From the NCBI GenBank assembly GCA_965222375.1, contig CBDCTZ010000015.1:832001-896000 (forward strand): DNA of 64,000 bases, given 5' to 3'. Made by a program: the position numbers and the translations under genes. The notes beneath the pieces were generated by a model. That model was given only the letters and a program-made list of their open reading frames with translations, made no database searches and had not been told where the DNA came from. Positions 18,041-28,377 of this stretch are shown one piece after another (position 1 is the first letter of the stretch; the number at the start of each line of letters is the position of its first letter). Source of the DNA: Polyangiaceae bacterium (GTDB lineage: Bacteria > Myxococcota_A > Polyangia > Polyangiales > Polyangiaceae).

Positions 18041-21000
18041 ATGCACACACCCTGGCCCCGCAACGTGTCTCAAGGGACACACCTCGGGCAGTTTCGACGC
18101 AGGTTCGCCACGGAACGGCAGTTGCAGTCGCGCGGACTCGTGAGCGGCAAACAGGGAGATGTTCCATCGGGGCTCCACAGCGGTACCAATCGGCCTCCGA
18201 ACGGTGGGGGGGCCGGCCTGGCCTGGGCGTGGGGCGCGATAGTCCTGGCAGTGTCACTGCTGGTCGTGACCCGGGGTTCCTGCCAAAAGCCCATTGCCCT
18301 GGGCGTTCTGCCGGAGTTGTTGGACAACGCCGGGCGGTTCCCGAGGGATCGCGGATTGCTCCCGCCTTCGGCGCCCCTGGCGCCACTGCTAGCCGCCGAC
18401 GAGCCTGAGCGCTTCGCAATTGTGGAACCGGCGGAAGGTGCGGTCAATCTCCGACGTCTGGCATCCCTTGTGGTTCGATTCAATCGCCCGGTGGTTGAAG
18501 GCGCAAGCGTTGGCCAGGATCTGGAACACTCTCCACTGAGTCTTCAACCGAAGGTGGACGGCGTGACCCAATGGGTCACACGGAGCTCAGTTTCGTTTCG
18601 ACCCGCAGCAAACGCGTGGCGACGCACCCAGTCCGTCAAGATGACTATGGCGCCAAGCCTCCGCTCCTTGGCGGGAGAGCGATTGGAGGAGCTCGAGCCG
18701 GTCACCGTGGTATTCGACGCGAGCCCCACCTTCGAGCGAACCGAGGTGCCGTCGCGGCTCCCTCCAGGGAAACCGATACCGTTGCTGTTTCACGGCAATC
18801 CGGGGCCGGAACTCGCTCGTAGCATACTGGCCTACGAGGTCGGGGGTGGACAGCGCTCCCTTGGTTTCACCTTGACCCCAGGACGGCGAGACGACGAGGG
18901 ACGCAGAGAGATGGCGCTTCACTTGGGCCAGCGCCTGGAGCCCGGCGCGAATATCGCCCTCGCACTAGCACCGGCACTCGTTGGCGGGGGTAGCGACCCG
19001 TGGGTGGTCAATATCGAACTGACGCCCCAGCCGAGAATCGAGGGTATCGATTGCTCACGTGCGGCCAAAGACGCCAGCGCTTGTCGCTACCGGCGTGCAC
19101 CAGGACGCATCGTCGACATTGATGACGCGCTGGTACTGCTTTCCAATGCGGACCTCGAGGCTCCCGAGGAGAGTGCTGTTCAGCTCAAGCCGGAACTCCC
19201 GGAACTGTCGATATCCTTGGAAGAAGATCGCCGAATTGTGGTTCGGGGCGAGTGGGAACCCGACCAGGTATACGAAGTACGCTTTTCCGCGTTGCAGGCT
19301 GCCGACGGGCGGCGGTTCAAGCAACCTCGCCCTTTGGCCGTGCGGAGTCGGACGAGACACGCGAGCGTGCGCTTGGCGGAGGGACGCTGGACCATCGAGT
19401 CCGACGACAAACCCGCCCTCGACTTCGCGGCCATATTCCCGGAGAAGGGCAAGATTCGACATGCCGCGTTGCTTCCGGGTTTCGAAGCCACCGCATTGGA
19501 CCAACTCGGGGATTGGTTTTCCGACGCGAACAAGAACCTCTGGAGAGAGCAGCCGCTTGCGCCATTCGTACCTACCGCCCGGGCCAACCGCTGGGGCAGA
19601 GGGCAATTCGCACCGCCAGAACATCAGGCAGGCAATGCCCGGGCGGCGCTCGTTTCCTTCGTGCCGGACACCGCCCAGTCCAAAGCAAAGCGCACCAAGA
19701 CCGCCTACTACCAATGGACTGATCTGGGAATACACGCCCGCGCCCTGTCGACGGGAGTGCTCAGCTGGGTAACGTCCATCTCCAAAGCGCACCCAATTTC
19801 CGGAGCGGTAGTCACGGCAGCAACGTCGGAGGGGGAGGCGCTGACACGAGTGGCCACGAACCGCGACGGTTTGGCGTGGTTGCCACTTCCGGCCGACCAA
19901 TTCACGAAAAACACGATCGTCCAGGCACTCCACGGCGCCGACCATGCGGCGCTCTTGCTCGACCCACGCAAGGCACTGTCCGCCAATACCTTCGACCTCA
20001 CAGCGGAAGATGCCGGGCACACGGGAACCATTGCCGCAAGTGTGATCGCAGATCGCGGCGCCGTGCGCCGGGGGGAGCGCGTCTACCTCAAGGCCGTCGC
20101 TCGTCGACTCGAAGATGCGACGCTGACCGCGCTGGCCAACACCAAACTGCGCATCGAGGTGGAAGCCCCGGACACCGCCGCACCCGTGCTGCGGCGGGAA
20201 GTGCAAACCGGAGCCTTTGGGACGGCTAGCTTGGATCTGTCCCTCGATGAATCGCAGCCCTTGGGGCGATATCTGGCAAAGGTCTTCACGGCAGGGTCCG
20301 AAGAGGCGATCGGTCAAACCGAGTTCATCCTCGGTGACTTTCGCCAGCCGACGCTTCGAGTGGACCTGACGAGCGATGCTTCACACCCCCTCGACGGCGA
20401 CGAGATGACTGCCCAGGTGGCCGCGGAATACCTATTCGGCGCCCCAGCTGCGAATCTCCAGGCCAACTGGTCCCTAGTACGACGCCCCCACGGGCGATAT
20501 CCCACACGCTGGGGAGAGTTCACCTTCGAGCCCGAGAACGCCCATACGTTGTCGGGCACGGTCGACGCAGGCCACGTGACTCTCGATGCGAAAGGCAGAG
20601 CAAGCATCGCGAGCCGCTTTGCATTGAGCGCACCGATTCGCGAGGAGGCAACCCTCGAGCTCAGCGTCGTTGATTCATCCGGCGAAACGATGAGCGCACG
20701 GCACGAGTTTGAACTGCGTCCGGCCCGTTTCGAAGTCGGCCTGAAGCGCATTCCACGATGGCTCGAACATGCTTCGACCATCAATGTTGATGCCATCCTG
20801 ATTCAGCAGAGTGGCGCTCCCGTCAGCGGCCGGAACCTGGAGGTGCGCATCATCCGCGAAGGCTGGGATCGCTACTGGGAGTGGGCGAAGGCGACCGGCC
20901 GAGACGTGGACCCGGACGGCACCTATCAGCTTCGCCAAACCCAGCGACAAGATGTCGTCCATCGATGCGCTCTCGAAACCGGCGACGCCCCGGTGCGATG

Positions 21001-23860
21001 CAGCTTCACACCAGAGCGCCCCGGCAACTATGTTCTCGAAGTCAGCAGTCGAGACGACGAGAAGCGTCTCAGCCTCGCGTCGCAAAGGGTGTACGTCGCT
21101 GGCCCAGATGAGCACCCGGATCGGGACCCACCCGGAACGGTGATCCAGCTCACGCCCAAGGCAGACGCGTGGCAAGTCGGTGAGACCGCGGAGATCGCCT
21201 ACGAGTCGCCCTTTCCTGTTGCAGAAGCGCTGGTCACCGTGGAACGCGACAAGGTGCTGCTGAACCAGCGAAAGCGCGTCCGCGCCGGCGGGCAGGTGAT
21301 TCGTTTCCCAATCACCGCCAAGATGGTGCCAAATGCCTACGTGTCGCTCACCCTGGTGCGGCCGCGAACGGGTCCCCCCAGAGACAAGATCGATCTCGAC
21401 GCACCGGATCTTCGTCTGGGCATGCTCAACTTACCGGTGAGACCACAGGCCAGCGAACTCGCGGTAACACTGACGCTGCCAAAGGGCCAGGTGCGCACAG
21501 GAGCGAAAGTCCCCATCGGCGTTCGCGTTCTCGACGGCACCGGCAAGCCCAGCCCCGCTGAAGTGCTCCTCTATGCCGTGGACGAAGGCACACTACGGCT
21601 GACGTCGTACACGACGCCCAACCCCATCGACGGGCTATACCCACATCGAGGCGCCACCTTTCGCTGGGACTCGCTGTATCGCTCGTTGAGAAGCCGAGTT
21701 CCGGAACCTCTGCCGCCGCACGTTGGCGGAGGCAGCGTCGGAATGGCGCCGCCACAAAAGAAGGACACCCGTGACGGATTTCAGCCGACACCCCTGTGGG
21801 CTCCGCGCTTGACGACGGACGCTTCCGGCAGAGCCAAGGCAACCCTCGAGCTGCCCCAGCGCCCTACGCAATATCGAGTCATGGCGGTGGCGGTGGACGC
21901 CAGAAGCGGAGTCGGACTGACGCAAGGGCAGATCATCGCGGCTCAGCCTGTCGTACTGCGGCCGGTCTTGCCTTCGCTGGTGACGGTCGGCGACCGATTC
22001 CAGGCGGCAGCCTATGTTCACAATACTTCCGACAAGGCTATCTCGTTGAAGGTCAAGACCTTCGTGGCTGACAAGGAGAAACAAGCGCATTCCCTGCGAA
22101 TAGAAAAGGGAGGCAAGCAACGTGTCTCGGTCGAGCTGACGGCAGCCGATCGAGATGAACTACCTGTACGATTCGAAGCACACACGAATCACGGCAGCCA
22201 CGACGTCACCGCGCGCATCTCCGTGCGCCCGCGCGTGCGCTGGGAGCGCGCGATCTCCATTGGTGGCGTCGACCAGTCGAGAGACATCGAGCTCGAGCTT
22301 CCACCTGCTGTGCCACGACACAGTGAGGTCCATCTGACCGTCGCCCGTCATCCCTTCGTCGGTTTCGAGATGTCGATCGAGACATTGGTTCGCGCCCCTT
22401 ATACGGGAGTGCGCCCGCTAGCCAGCGCGATCGTGGGACTGGCCGCGTACGCCCGACTGCATACCAATGGGAGGTCCACGAGCACGCCGCAGGAAGAACT
22501 AGCGGCGCGAGCCAGGAAGAAGCTCGACGGCCTGCTCGCCCTTCAACGCGCGGACGGTGGTTTTTTCGACTATCCCGGCAGCTACGACGTCGCGGCGGGC
22601 TCGGAAACTGCAATTGCGCTGCATGCGCTGAGCGCGGCTCGAAGCTCCGGGTGGAGCGTCCCGGACTCGGCGATAGAGGGAGCACAGGAAGCGCTCAAAC
22701 AATCCATCAGGAACGGAGAGTTCGACGCCGAAGGGCATGGTGGAACCGAGCGGCTCAGTTTCGCGTTGAGGGTGTTGAGCGACGGTCAAGTGCGCGAGCT
22801 ATCGGCACTGGCAAAGCTCTACGATCAACGAGAGCGGCTCTCCCCCTATGCCCTCGCCCAGCTGGCCATGGCCATGGGCGCCGCAGACCATCGCGGTGAT
22901 AGTCTGCTCGACGATGCCACTCGGCGGTTGTTGGCCACTGCGCCCGACGCTTGGGATCTCAGTTGGGCAGAGCCTCGGGTTCGGGCTCTGGCGGCAACGT
23001 TGGAAGCCGGCGCTCGCGCGAAGAGGCCGCCGAAAGGTTACCTGAAGATTGTGGGGCACTTGTTGGCAGCCCGAAGCAAGCACGGATTGCTGACGTGGTG
23101 GTCTGCGGACGAAGTCAGTGTCGTACTCGCGGGGTTGGCAGCCTACGCCGAAGGGTTCAAGCGTGCAGGCCCCGTCGACGTCGATGTCACCCTGGACGGC
23201 CAGCGGCTCGAAGCGAAAAGCGCAAGCGACCAGGCCGTACGATACGCAATCCCATCGACCGCGCTCGAAGGTGCGGCCGCCAAGCTCCGCATCGCCAGTC
23301 AGCGCCCAGCCTTCTACGCCCTCGAGGCGCGATTGGCACTGCCCCTTTCGCCCGCGGACCAAGTAGCTCGGGGCCGGCGAGTGGCGTTGCACCGAACCCT
23401 CGAGACGGCTTCGGGCAAACGTCTGGCAGACGGCGCGCAGGTCCGTCTCGGAGAGATGGTGCGAGTGCGGCTGTTCGTATACACCGAAGAAGCCAGCCCA
23501 CCGGATGTCATCCTGCGCGATCCCTTGAGCGGTGGCTTCGAGCAAATTGACAACGACCTAGATTCAACTCCGAGAAACTCCCTGAGGACACTCCTCGGCA
23601 TGGGGCCGGACGACGAGGCCTTCGACGCGAGAGGCTTTCATGCGCTCCGCTCCCTCGATCAACTACGCCACCGTGCCTTTGAAGCAGGGGAGTCCATCTT
23701 CTACGTGGCCCCCCTACAGAATCAGCTGCAAGAGGTGACCTACGGATTGCGAGCTACGGTCGCGGGCTCATTCGTCGTCCCACCCGCGCAAATAGAAGCG
23801 CTCTTCGCTCCCGACTTCGTGGCTCGGTCGTCGCTAGCGCGATTGGTCGTCGTACCATGA
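18041..23860 (+). CDS. Bacterial alpha-2-macroglobulin family protein
   Basis: 1939 aa; Ig-like VRFNRPV, MG2 DRGAVRRGERVYLK, AVDEG.L.L..Y, bait-end RDGFQPTPLWAP..TDASG, LQRADGGF, G.FVVPPA.IEAL. Start may be about 100 nt later. Confidence 0.9.
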   Translation: MHTPWPRNVSQGTHLGQFRRRFATERQLQSRGLVSGKQGDVPSGLHSGTNRPPNGGGAGLAWAWGAIVLAVSLLVVTRGSCQKPIALGVLPELLDNAGRFPRDRGLLPPSAPLAPLLAADEPERFAIVEPAEGAVNLRRLASLVVRFNRPVVEGASVGQDLEHSPLSLQPKVDGVTQWVTRSSVSFRPAANAWRRTQSVKMTMAPSLRSLAGERLEELEPVTVVFDASPTFERTEVPSRLPPGKPIPLLFHGNPGPELARSILAYEVGGGQRSLGFTLTPGRRDDEGRREMALHLGQRLEPGANIALALAPALVGGGSDPWVVNIELTPQPRIEGIDCSRAAKDASACRYRRAPGRIVDIDDALVLLSNADLEAPEESAVQLKPELPELSISLEEDRRIVVRGEWEPDQVYEVRFSALQAADGRRFKQPRPLAVRSRTRHASVRLAEGRWTIESDDKPALDFAAIFPEKGKIRHAALLPGFEATALDQLGDWFSDANKNLWREQPLAPFVPTARANRWGRGQFAPPEHQAGNARAALVSFVPDTAQSKAKRTKTAYYQWTDLGIHARALSTGVLSWVTSISKAHPISGAVVTAATSEGEALTRVATNRDGLAWLPLPADQFTKNTIVQALHGADHAALLLDPRKALSANTFDLTAEDAGHTGTIAASVIADRGAVRRGERVYLKAVARRLEDATLTALANTKLRIEVEAPDTAAPVLRREVQTGAFGTASLDLSLDESQPLGRYLAKVFTAGSEEAIGQTEFILGDFRQPTLRVDLTSDASHPLDGDEMTAQVAAEYLFGAPAANLQANWSLVRRPHGRYPTRWGEFTFEPENAHTLSGTVDAGHVTLDAKGRASIASRFALSAPIREEATLELSVVDSSGETMSARHEFELRPARFEVGLKRIPRWLEHASTINVDAILIQQSGAPVSGRNLEVRIIREGWDRYWEWAKATGRDVDPDGTYQLRQTQRQDVVHRCALETGDAPVRCSFTPERPGNYVLEVSSRDDEKRLSLASQRVYVAGPDEHPDRDPPGTVIQLTPKADAWQVGETAEIAYESPFPVAEALVTVERDKVLLNQRKRVRAGGQVIRFPITAKMVPNAYVSLTLVRPRTGPPRDKIDLDAPDLRLGMLNLPVRPQASELAVTLTLPKGQVRTGAKVPIGVRVLDGTGKPSPAEVLLYAVDEGTLRLTSYTTPNPIDGLYPHRGATFRWDSLYRSLRSRVPEPLPPHVGGGSVGMAPPQKKDTRDGFQPTPLWAPRLTTDASGRAKATLELPQRPTQYRVMAVAVDARSGVGLTQGQIIAAQPVVLRPVLPSLVTVGDRFQAAAYVHNTSDKAISLKVKTFVADKEKQAHSLRIEKGGKQRVSVELTAADRDELPVRFEAHTNHGSHDVTARISVRPRVRWERAISIGGVDQSRDIELELPPAVPRHSEVHLTVARHPFVGFEMSIETLVRAPYTGVRPLASAIVGLAAYARLHTNGRSTSTPQEELAARARKKLDGLLALQRADGGFFDYPGSYDVAAGSETAIALHALSAARSSGWSVPDSAIEGAQEALKQSIRNGEFDAEGHGGTERLSFALRVLSDGQVRELSALAKLYDQRERLSPYALAQLAMAMGAADHRGDSLLDDATRRLLATAPDAWDLSWAEPRVRALAATLEAGARAKRPPKGYLKIVGHLLAARSKHGLLTWWSADEVSVVLAGLAAYAEGFKRAGPVDVDVTLDGQRLEAKSASDQAVRYAIPSTALEGAAAKLRIASQRPAFYALEARLALPLSPADQVARGRRVALHRTLETASGKRLADGAQVRLGEMVRVRLFVYTEEASPPDVILRDPLSGGFEQIDNDLDSTPRNSLRTLLGMGPDDEAFDARGFHALRSLDQLRHRAFEAGESIFYVAPLQNQLQEVTYGLRATVAGSFVVPPAQIEALFAPDFVARSSLARLVVVP

Positions 23861-26157
23861 AAGGCTTTCTTCTCGAGCGCTATCGCCGCCGCGCGTTGGG
23901 AGTCATCGCCACCCTGGGCTGCTTGCCATTGGCGTGGCACTTCGCCCCGAAGGACCGTCTGGTCGATAGTCAGAAGCTAGTCCGCCCTACTGACGCAGTC
24001 ATCGTGATCGACCGCCACGCGGTGCCACTGCGCCACACGCGATCTCGAGGTAGCTACCGACGCTGGGTCCCGATTTCGGAGATGTCGCCCTGGCTGATCA
24101 AGGCGGTGATCAGTGTCGAGGACCAGCGTTTCAGGACACATTCGGGCGTAGATCCACGAGCCATCGCCCGCGCATCCGTGATGAATCTATTGCCCGGCTC
24201 TCGGCTGAGCGGAGCGTCGACAATTACCCAGCAGCTGATCAAGCTCACCCACGGACGTCCTCGAGGGTTGGCGTCCAAAGGCGTCGAAGCCTTGCGAGCT
24301 TTGGCGCTTGAGGAACAGCTATCCAAGGATCAGATCTTGGAACAGTACTTGAACCGACTTCCCTATGGCGACTCTATCGTCGGCGTAGAACGCGCCAGCG
24401 AAGAGTACTTCGGAAAGTCAGCGAACGACCTCGACCTCGCAGAGGCTGCGCTCATCGCGGGAATTCCGCAGGCTCCGAGCATCACGGAACCACGGAGACA
24501 TTTGAGGCGCGCACTTGCTCGCCGCAACGTCGTACTCGAGCGAATGCGTGCGCTCTCGGTCATCGACGCCACGGCGCACGCGGCGGCGTCGAGGGATATA
24601 CCGTCCATTCGCCCTGGAATCGCACACCCTTGGAAAGCACCTCGTTTCGTCGATGCAGCATGGAGACAGTGGCGCCAGGGGCGTCTCGACCAGAAGAACG
24701 GAACCCTTGCCACCTCCCTCGACCACGAGCTTTCTCGACGCGCGGAGTACGAGCTGGCTCGGGTTGTTCGCAAGCTTTCCCCACGCGGTGTCGAGAACGG
24801 AGCCCTCGTCGTGGTCGCCAACGCCACCGGAGAAGTGCTGGCATATGTCGGAGCGGCATTGCGCGGTCCGTCAGCGGTAGCCGGAAAAATGGACCTCCTG
24901 CGCGCCAGGCGTCAACCCGGGTCCACCCTCAAGCCTTTCGTATATGAGCGACTCTTCGCGCGGGGGGCGACGGCAGCAACTCTCCTGAGAGACGTGTCCA
25001 CTCCCATGACCGGCGCCCGCGGCGAGTGGTTTCAGACTCGAGACTATGACGGGCGTGAGCGGGGACCCGTACGAGCGCGGGTGGCCTTAGCGACCTCGCT
25101 GAATCATGCGGCGCTCGATGCAGCACGTCAGGTGGGCGCCAGAGCGATCGTAGACCAGTTGACTCGCTTGGGCTTCGAGGACTTGGCCGAGGCTCGAAGC
25201 TACGGCGCAGCAATCGTGCTCGGTGGGGCAGATGTGACGCCGTTGGAGCTCGCACGAGCGTACATGGCACTGGCGCGTGGTGGCAGCGCCCTACCCCTGA
25301 CCTATGGACTCGAACGGCGTAGCCGCGGGAAAACCGTAATGGCGGCGGAAGCGGCGGCAATCACCATCGACATCCTGTCGGATCCGCGAGTTCGACGGGA
25401 CGCCTTTGGCACGGACCTGATCGACCTGGCTCAAACCAGGAAGTTCGGCTTGAAGACGGGAACATCCTCTTCTTTCAGAGATGCCTGGGCGGCGAGTTTC
25501 GACGAGCTGCACACCGTGGTCGTCTGGCTCGGCGACCCCGAACGCAAACCTCTCGCCAGGGTTTCCGGATTCGAGGCTGCAGCGCCGGTGGCCGCTCGCG
25601 TGCTTGGACTGGCTCGGCGCCGCGCCAAAGCCAACTCCGTCATTCCCGTGCAGCGACCCCAGGTGACACTTTCGTCCGTCGAGGTGTGCGCGTTTTCCGG
25701 ACGGAGACCCGGGCCGCGATGCACCCATCGAGTGCGCGAGCACTTTGGGCATGGCGCCGGCTTGTCTAGGCCCTGCGACGCCCACGACCGGGCGGGCAGA
25801 AGGTTAGTGGACCGGGAGCTGCGCGGATGGCTGCAACGAGAGCGGCCTGCCAACGTTGCATTTTCCCCGGATCAGAACGAAGCGCCACAGCGGCCGCTAG
25901 TCGTTGCCCATCCACGAGATGGAGCACGCCTGCTAGTGGATTCCAACCGGCCAACCACCCTCACTCTCCGCGCGAGGGCTGGCAACGCCACGCTTGCGGG
26001 CGTGGCGTTTCAGGTGGACGGCAAGCCGATTCACGAGGGGCGCTGGACCCTCACCCCCGGCAACCATGAAGTCGTCGCGACCTGGCGGGGCAACAAGAGC
26101 GCACCCGCGCGGGTCCGAGTCATTGCCGCAACGCCGACGCGCTTGCCTCGGCACTGA
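23857..26157 (+). CDS. pbpC: Penicillin-binding protein 1C (transglycosylase/transpeptidase)
   Basis: EDQRF..HSGVD, GASTITQQL, STLK, SLN, KTGT; ATGA overlap with the A2M gene, the known A2M-pbpC synteny. Confidence 0.9.
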   Translation: MKGFLLERYRRRALGVIATLGCLPLAWHFAPKDRLVDSQKLVRPTDAVIVIDRHAVPLRHTRSRGSYRRWVPISEMSPWLIKAVISVEDQRFRTHSGVDPRAIARASVMNLLPGSRLSGASTITQQLIKLTHGRPRGLASKGVEALRALALEEQLSKDQILEQYLNRLPYGDSIVGVERASEEYFGKSANDLDLAEAALIAGIPQAPSITEPRRHLRRALARRNVVLERMRALSVIDATAHAAASRDIPSIRPGIAHPWKAPRFVDAAWRQWRQGRLDQKNGTLATSLDHELSRRAEYELARVVRKLSPRGVENGALVVVANATGEVLAYVGAALRGPSAVAGKMDLLRARRQPGSTLKPFVYERLFARGATAATLLRDVSTPMTGARGEWFQTRDYDGRERGPVRARVALATSLNHAALDAARQVGARAIVDQLTRLGFEDLAEARSYGAAIVLGGADVTPLELARAYMALARGGSALPLTYGLERRSRGKTVMAAEAAAITIDILSDPRVRRDAFGTDLIDLAQTRKFGLKTGTSSSFRDAWAASFDELHTVVVWLGDPERKPLARVSGFEAAAPVAARVLGLARRRAKANSVIPVQRPQVTLSSVEVCAFSGRRPGPRCTHRVREHFGHGAGLSRPCDAHDRAGRRLVDRELRGWLQRERPANVAFSPDQNEAPQRPLVVAHPRDGARLLVDSNRPTTLTLRARAGNATLAGVAFQVDGKPIHEGRWTLTPGNHEVVATWRGNKSAPARVRVIAATPTRLPRH

Positions 26158-26166
26158 GCCCCGAGT

Positions 26167-26970
26167 TCACTCTTCGACGAGCATCGATTCCGGTACGGGC
26201 TTCAACTTGGTCGCGATCATCGCCGTGTAGAACAACGGTTCGCCATCGATGTTGATGCGATGGCGGTAGCGTCGCGTGGCTTCCAGACGAATGACCTCGT
26301 CGTGCACCATGCGGCGAATCAGGCCCGAGAAACCGTGAGTGTGACGGGCATCCAGGAACTCGTCCTTGATGTTGAACGCTAGGATGCCGCCCTCGGGTAT
26401 CAGCGAGAGAGCGTTGAAGTAGGCACGCGGAGGGATGTCCCCGAAACCGAGCGCAGCGACGCAGGCAAGAACGTTGGGCGCGAAGGCGACAATTCGCTGC
26501 CGGGTTTCCTCGCTCAGGTCGCACAAATCCGCGACTAGGTAGTCCTCGTACACCTTGGGACGGTCACGTTGCGCGGCCTGGCTTGCCTCGGAAATGATGT
26601 CGATACCGAGCACGTGCCGCACGCCCCGCTCACGCAAGCGCTCTCCCACGATGCCGTTCCCGGCACCCAAATCCAGCACGCGCAGCGAGTCCACGGGCTT
26701 GTCGAAATCCTGCCGCACCTCGTCGAGGAGCTTCACGACCCGCTCTGGCGAACGGCACTTGAGCATCTGATAGAACAGATGTTCGTACAGCCCCGGCCGT
26801 TGATAGATTTCGTCGTAGTCGTGGAATCGAAGTTTGTTCCAGCCGCCGTTTTCCTTGATCTCGCACCATTCGTGGTTCTGAGGCAGGTCTTCGTCGGTCT
26901 TCGGGAAACGCACTCGGCCTTCCCATTGGCTTTTTCGGTATCGATCTGTCTGGCTAGAAATATCCGTCAT
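26167..26970 (-). CDS. Class I SAM-dependent methyltransferase
   Basis: VLDLGAGNG, GIDI, GGILAF; start ATG 26970. Confidence 0.85.
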   Translation of the reverse strand: MTDISSQTDRYRKSQWEGRVRFPKTDEDLPQNHEWCEIKENGGWNKLRFHDYDEIYQRPGLYEHLFYQMLKCRSPERVVKLLDEVRQDFDKPVDSLRVLDLGAGNGIVGERLRERGVRHVLGIDIISEASQAAQRDRPKVYEDYLVADLCDLSEETRQRIVAFAPNVLACVAALGFGDIPPRAYFNALSLIPEGGILAFNIKDEFLDARHTHGFSGLIRRMVHDEVIRLEATRRYRHRINIDGEPLFYTAMIATKLKPVPESMLVEE

Positions 26971-27183
26971 TCCACTGCTTTTCACGAGTAAGTGGGGGAG
27001 CCACACAGGCTTCCGGGGCTGGGCCAAGGAGGCCGCCGCCACACGAGCTGTGCGAAGCACCTTGTCTTGTAACACAACCGACGCACACTTTGCGGGTCTC
27101 GACCGGTTTCTCGAAGATCCGCGACGTATCAGCGGCCCGAACGGCGGCGTGTACTGGCCTCACGTGCAGTGATTTTTGTCAGT

Positions 27184-27600
27184 CTACGGATCCGCACTTA
27201 TCGAAACGCTCTTGATCCGAATCGTCTGCCCCGGGGCCAGTGCTTCGAAGGAAGCGCGATACTGGAAGTAGTGTCCGGACAAATCCGCTCAGCGCCTGCG
27301 TCGATGTCACGCTCGGTCCGTCGCCGTTATCAGAAAAGAAGCTGCCCGCCGTGCCATCGGCCCTCTGAAGAGGCGCATCGGCGGAACACTGGCTATCGGC
27401 GCAAACCCGTACTTGGAAGCGCAAGCGCAAGCGCGTACGATGATAGATTGTGGCGATGTCCGCCGCGGTCAGGGCAGCTTCCACACGGCGGCTTCGTCGA
27501 ACGTAGGGGGGTCGTGTAAGTCGTCAGCCCCAGCCGCAGACAAGTCACCCACGCGACAACGGACGTGACGATCGCGAGCACGCGGCCACAGGCTATCATC
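27184..27600 (-). pseudogene. Frameshifted remnant of a secreted LamG-domain protein
   Basis: Hand translation across three frames: FDEAAVW / AALTAADIATIY..RFQVRVCADSQC / LSGHYFQYRASF..SVSISADP*. Signal-like start near 27600. Confidence 0.55.
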
Positions 27601-27610
27601 ACCGCCTGCC

Positions 27611-28315
27611 GTGCGTCCGACGTCCTCGGCGGCTCATGCTAGACTAGGCGTGTTGCGGACCCTTGCCTGTTTCCTTCTTTTCCTGGGTGGCTGCAGCGTC
27701 TTTCCGGACGAGGCACCTACGGTCGGCGGGGCCGCGGGCGGCGCCGGGCTAGGAGGCAGCGCTGCCGTCGGGGGCGTTGGCGCCAGCAGTGGCGCGGCGG
27801 CGGGTGGTACGTCGGGTGCCAATACGGGTGGCGCCTCCGGTGGCAATACGGGTGGTACGTCGGGCGCGAATACAGGAGGCAATGGCGGGCTCGCTTGCGG
27901 CTCCTTCGACCCACCGACGACGAGCGACTGCCCCGCCAAGTGCAATGGTGGCTGCGCCAACAAGCAGTGCGTCATCCGCTGCGCCTCGAAGGACGTCTGT
28001 CAGGGGGACAACATCCAGTGCCCACCGGATCTCAACTGCCGAGTGGAGTGCCTCGCCGTGGGCTCCTGCGCCAATGCGAATGTGAGCTGCGCAGAGGGGC
28101 GCCAGTGCACGATGTTCTGCTCGGCCAAGGATGGCTGCCCGGGCGCCAAGTTCAACTGCTCGACAGGCCCGTGCAAGATGGAGTGCGACGTCAACTCCGG
28201 TGTGTGCGACGGAGTCACTGTGACCTGCGGCACCAACCGTTGTGAGGGAAGCTGCGCGGGCAGTTCGAAGCCGAGTTTCGCCTGTGGGCCGTCCTGCGAC
28301 TGTCAGAGCTGCTGA
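27611..28315 (+). CDS. Cys-rich lipoprotein with Gly linker
   Basis: LGGC lipobox, GGTSGANT-type repeats, CxxxxxCxxxC repeats. Confidence 0.8.
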   Translation: MRPTSSAAHARLGVLRTLACFLLFLGGCSVFPDEAPTVGGAAGGAGLGGSAAVGGVGASSGAAAGGTSGANTGGASGGNTGGTSGANTGGNGGLACGSFDPPTTSDCPAKCNGGCANKQCVIRCASKDVCQGDNIQCPPDLNCRVECLAVGSCANANVSCAEGRQCTMFCSAKDGCPGAKFNCSTGPCKMECDVNSGVCDGVTVTCGTNRCEGSCAGSSKPSFACGPSCDCQSC

Positions 28316-28377
28316 CTCGGTTTTTGGGGGGGTCGCATCCCTACCGCGCCCCGGGCCACTATTCTCGCCCTGGGCCG

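Noticed and set aside
19055..20317. Long antisense ORFs (here and opposite most genes)
   Set aside because: Expected shadow frames of high-GC coding sequence; no motifs.
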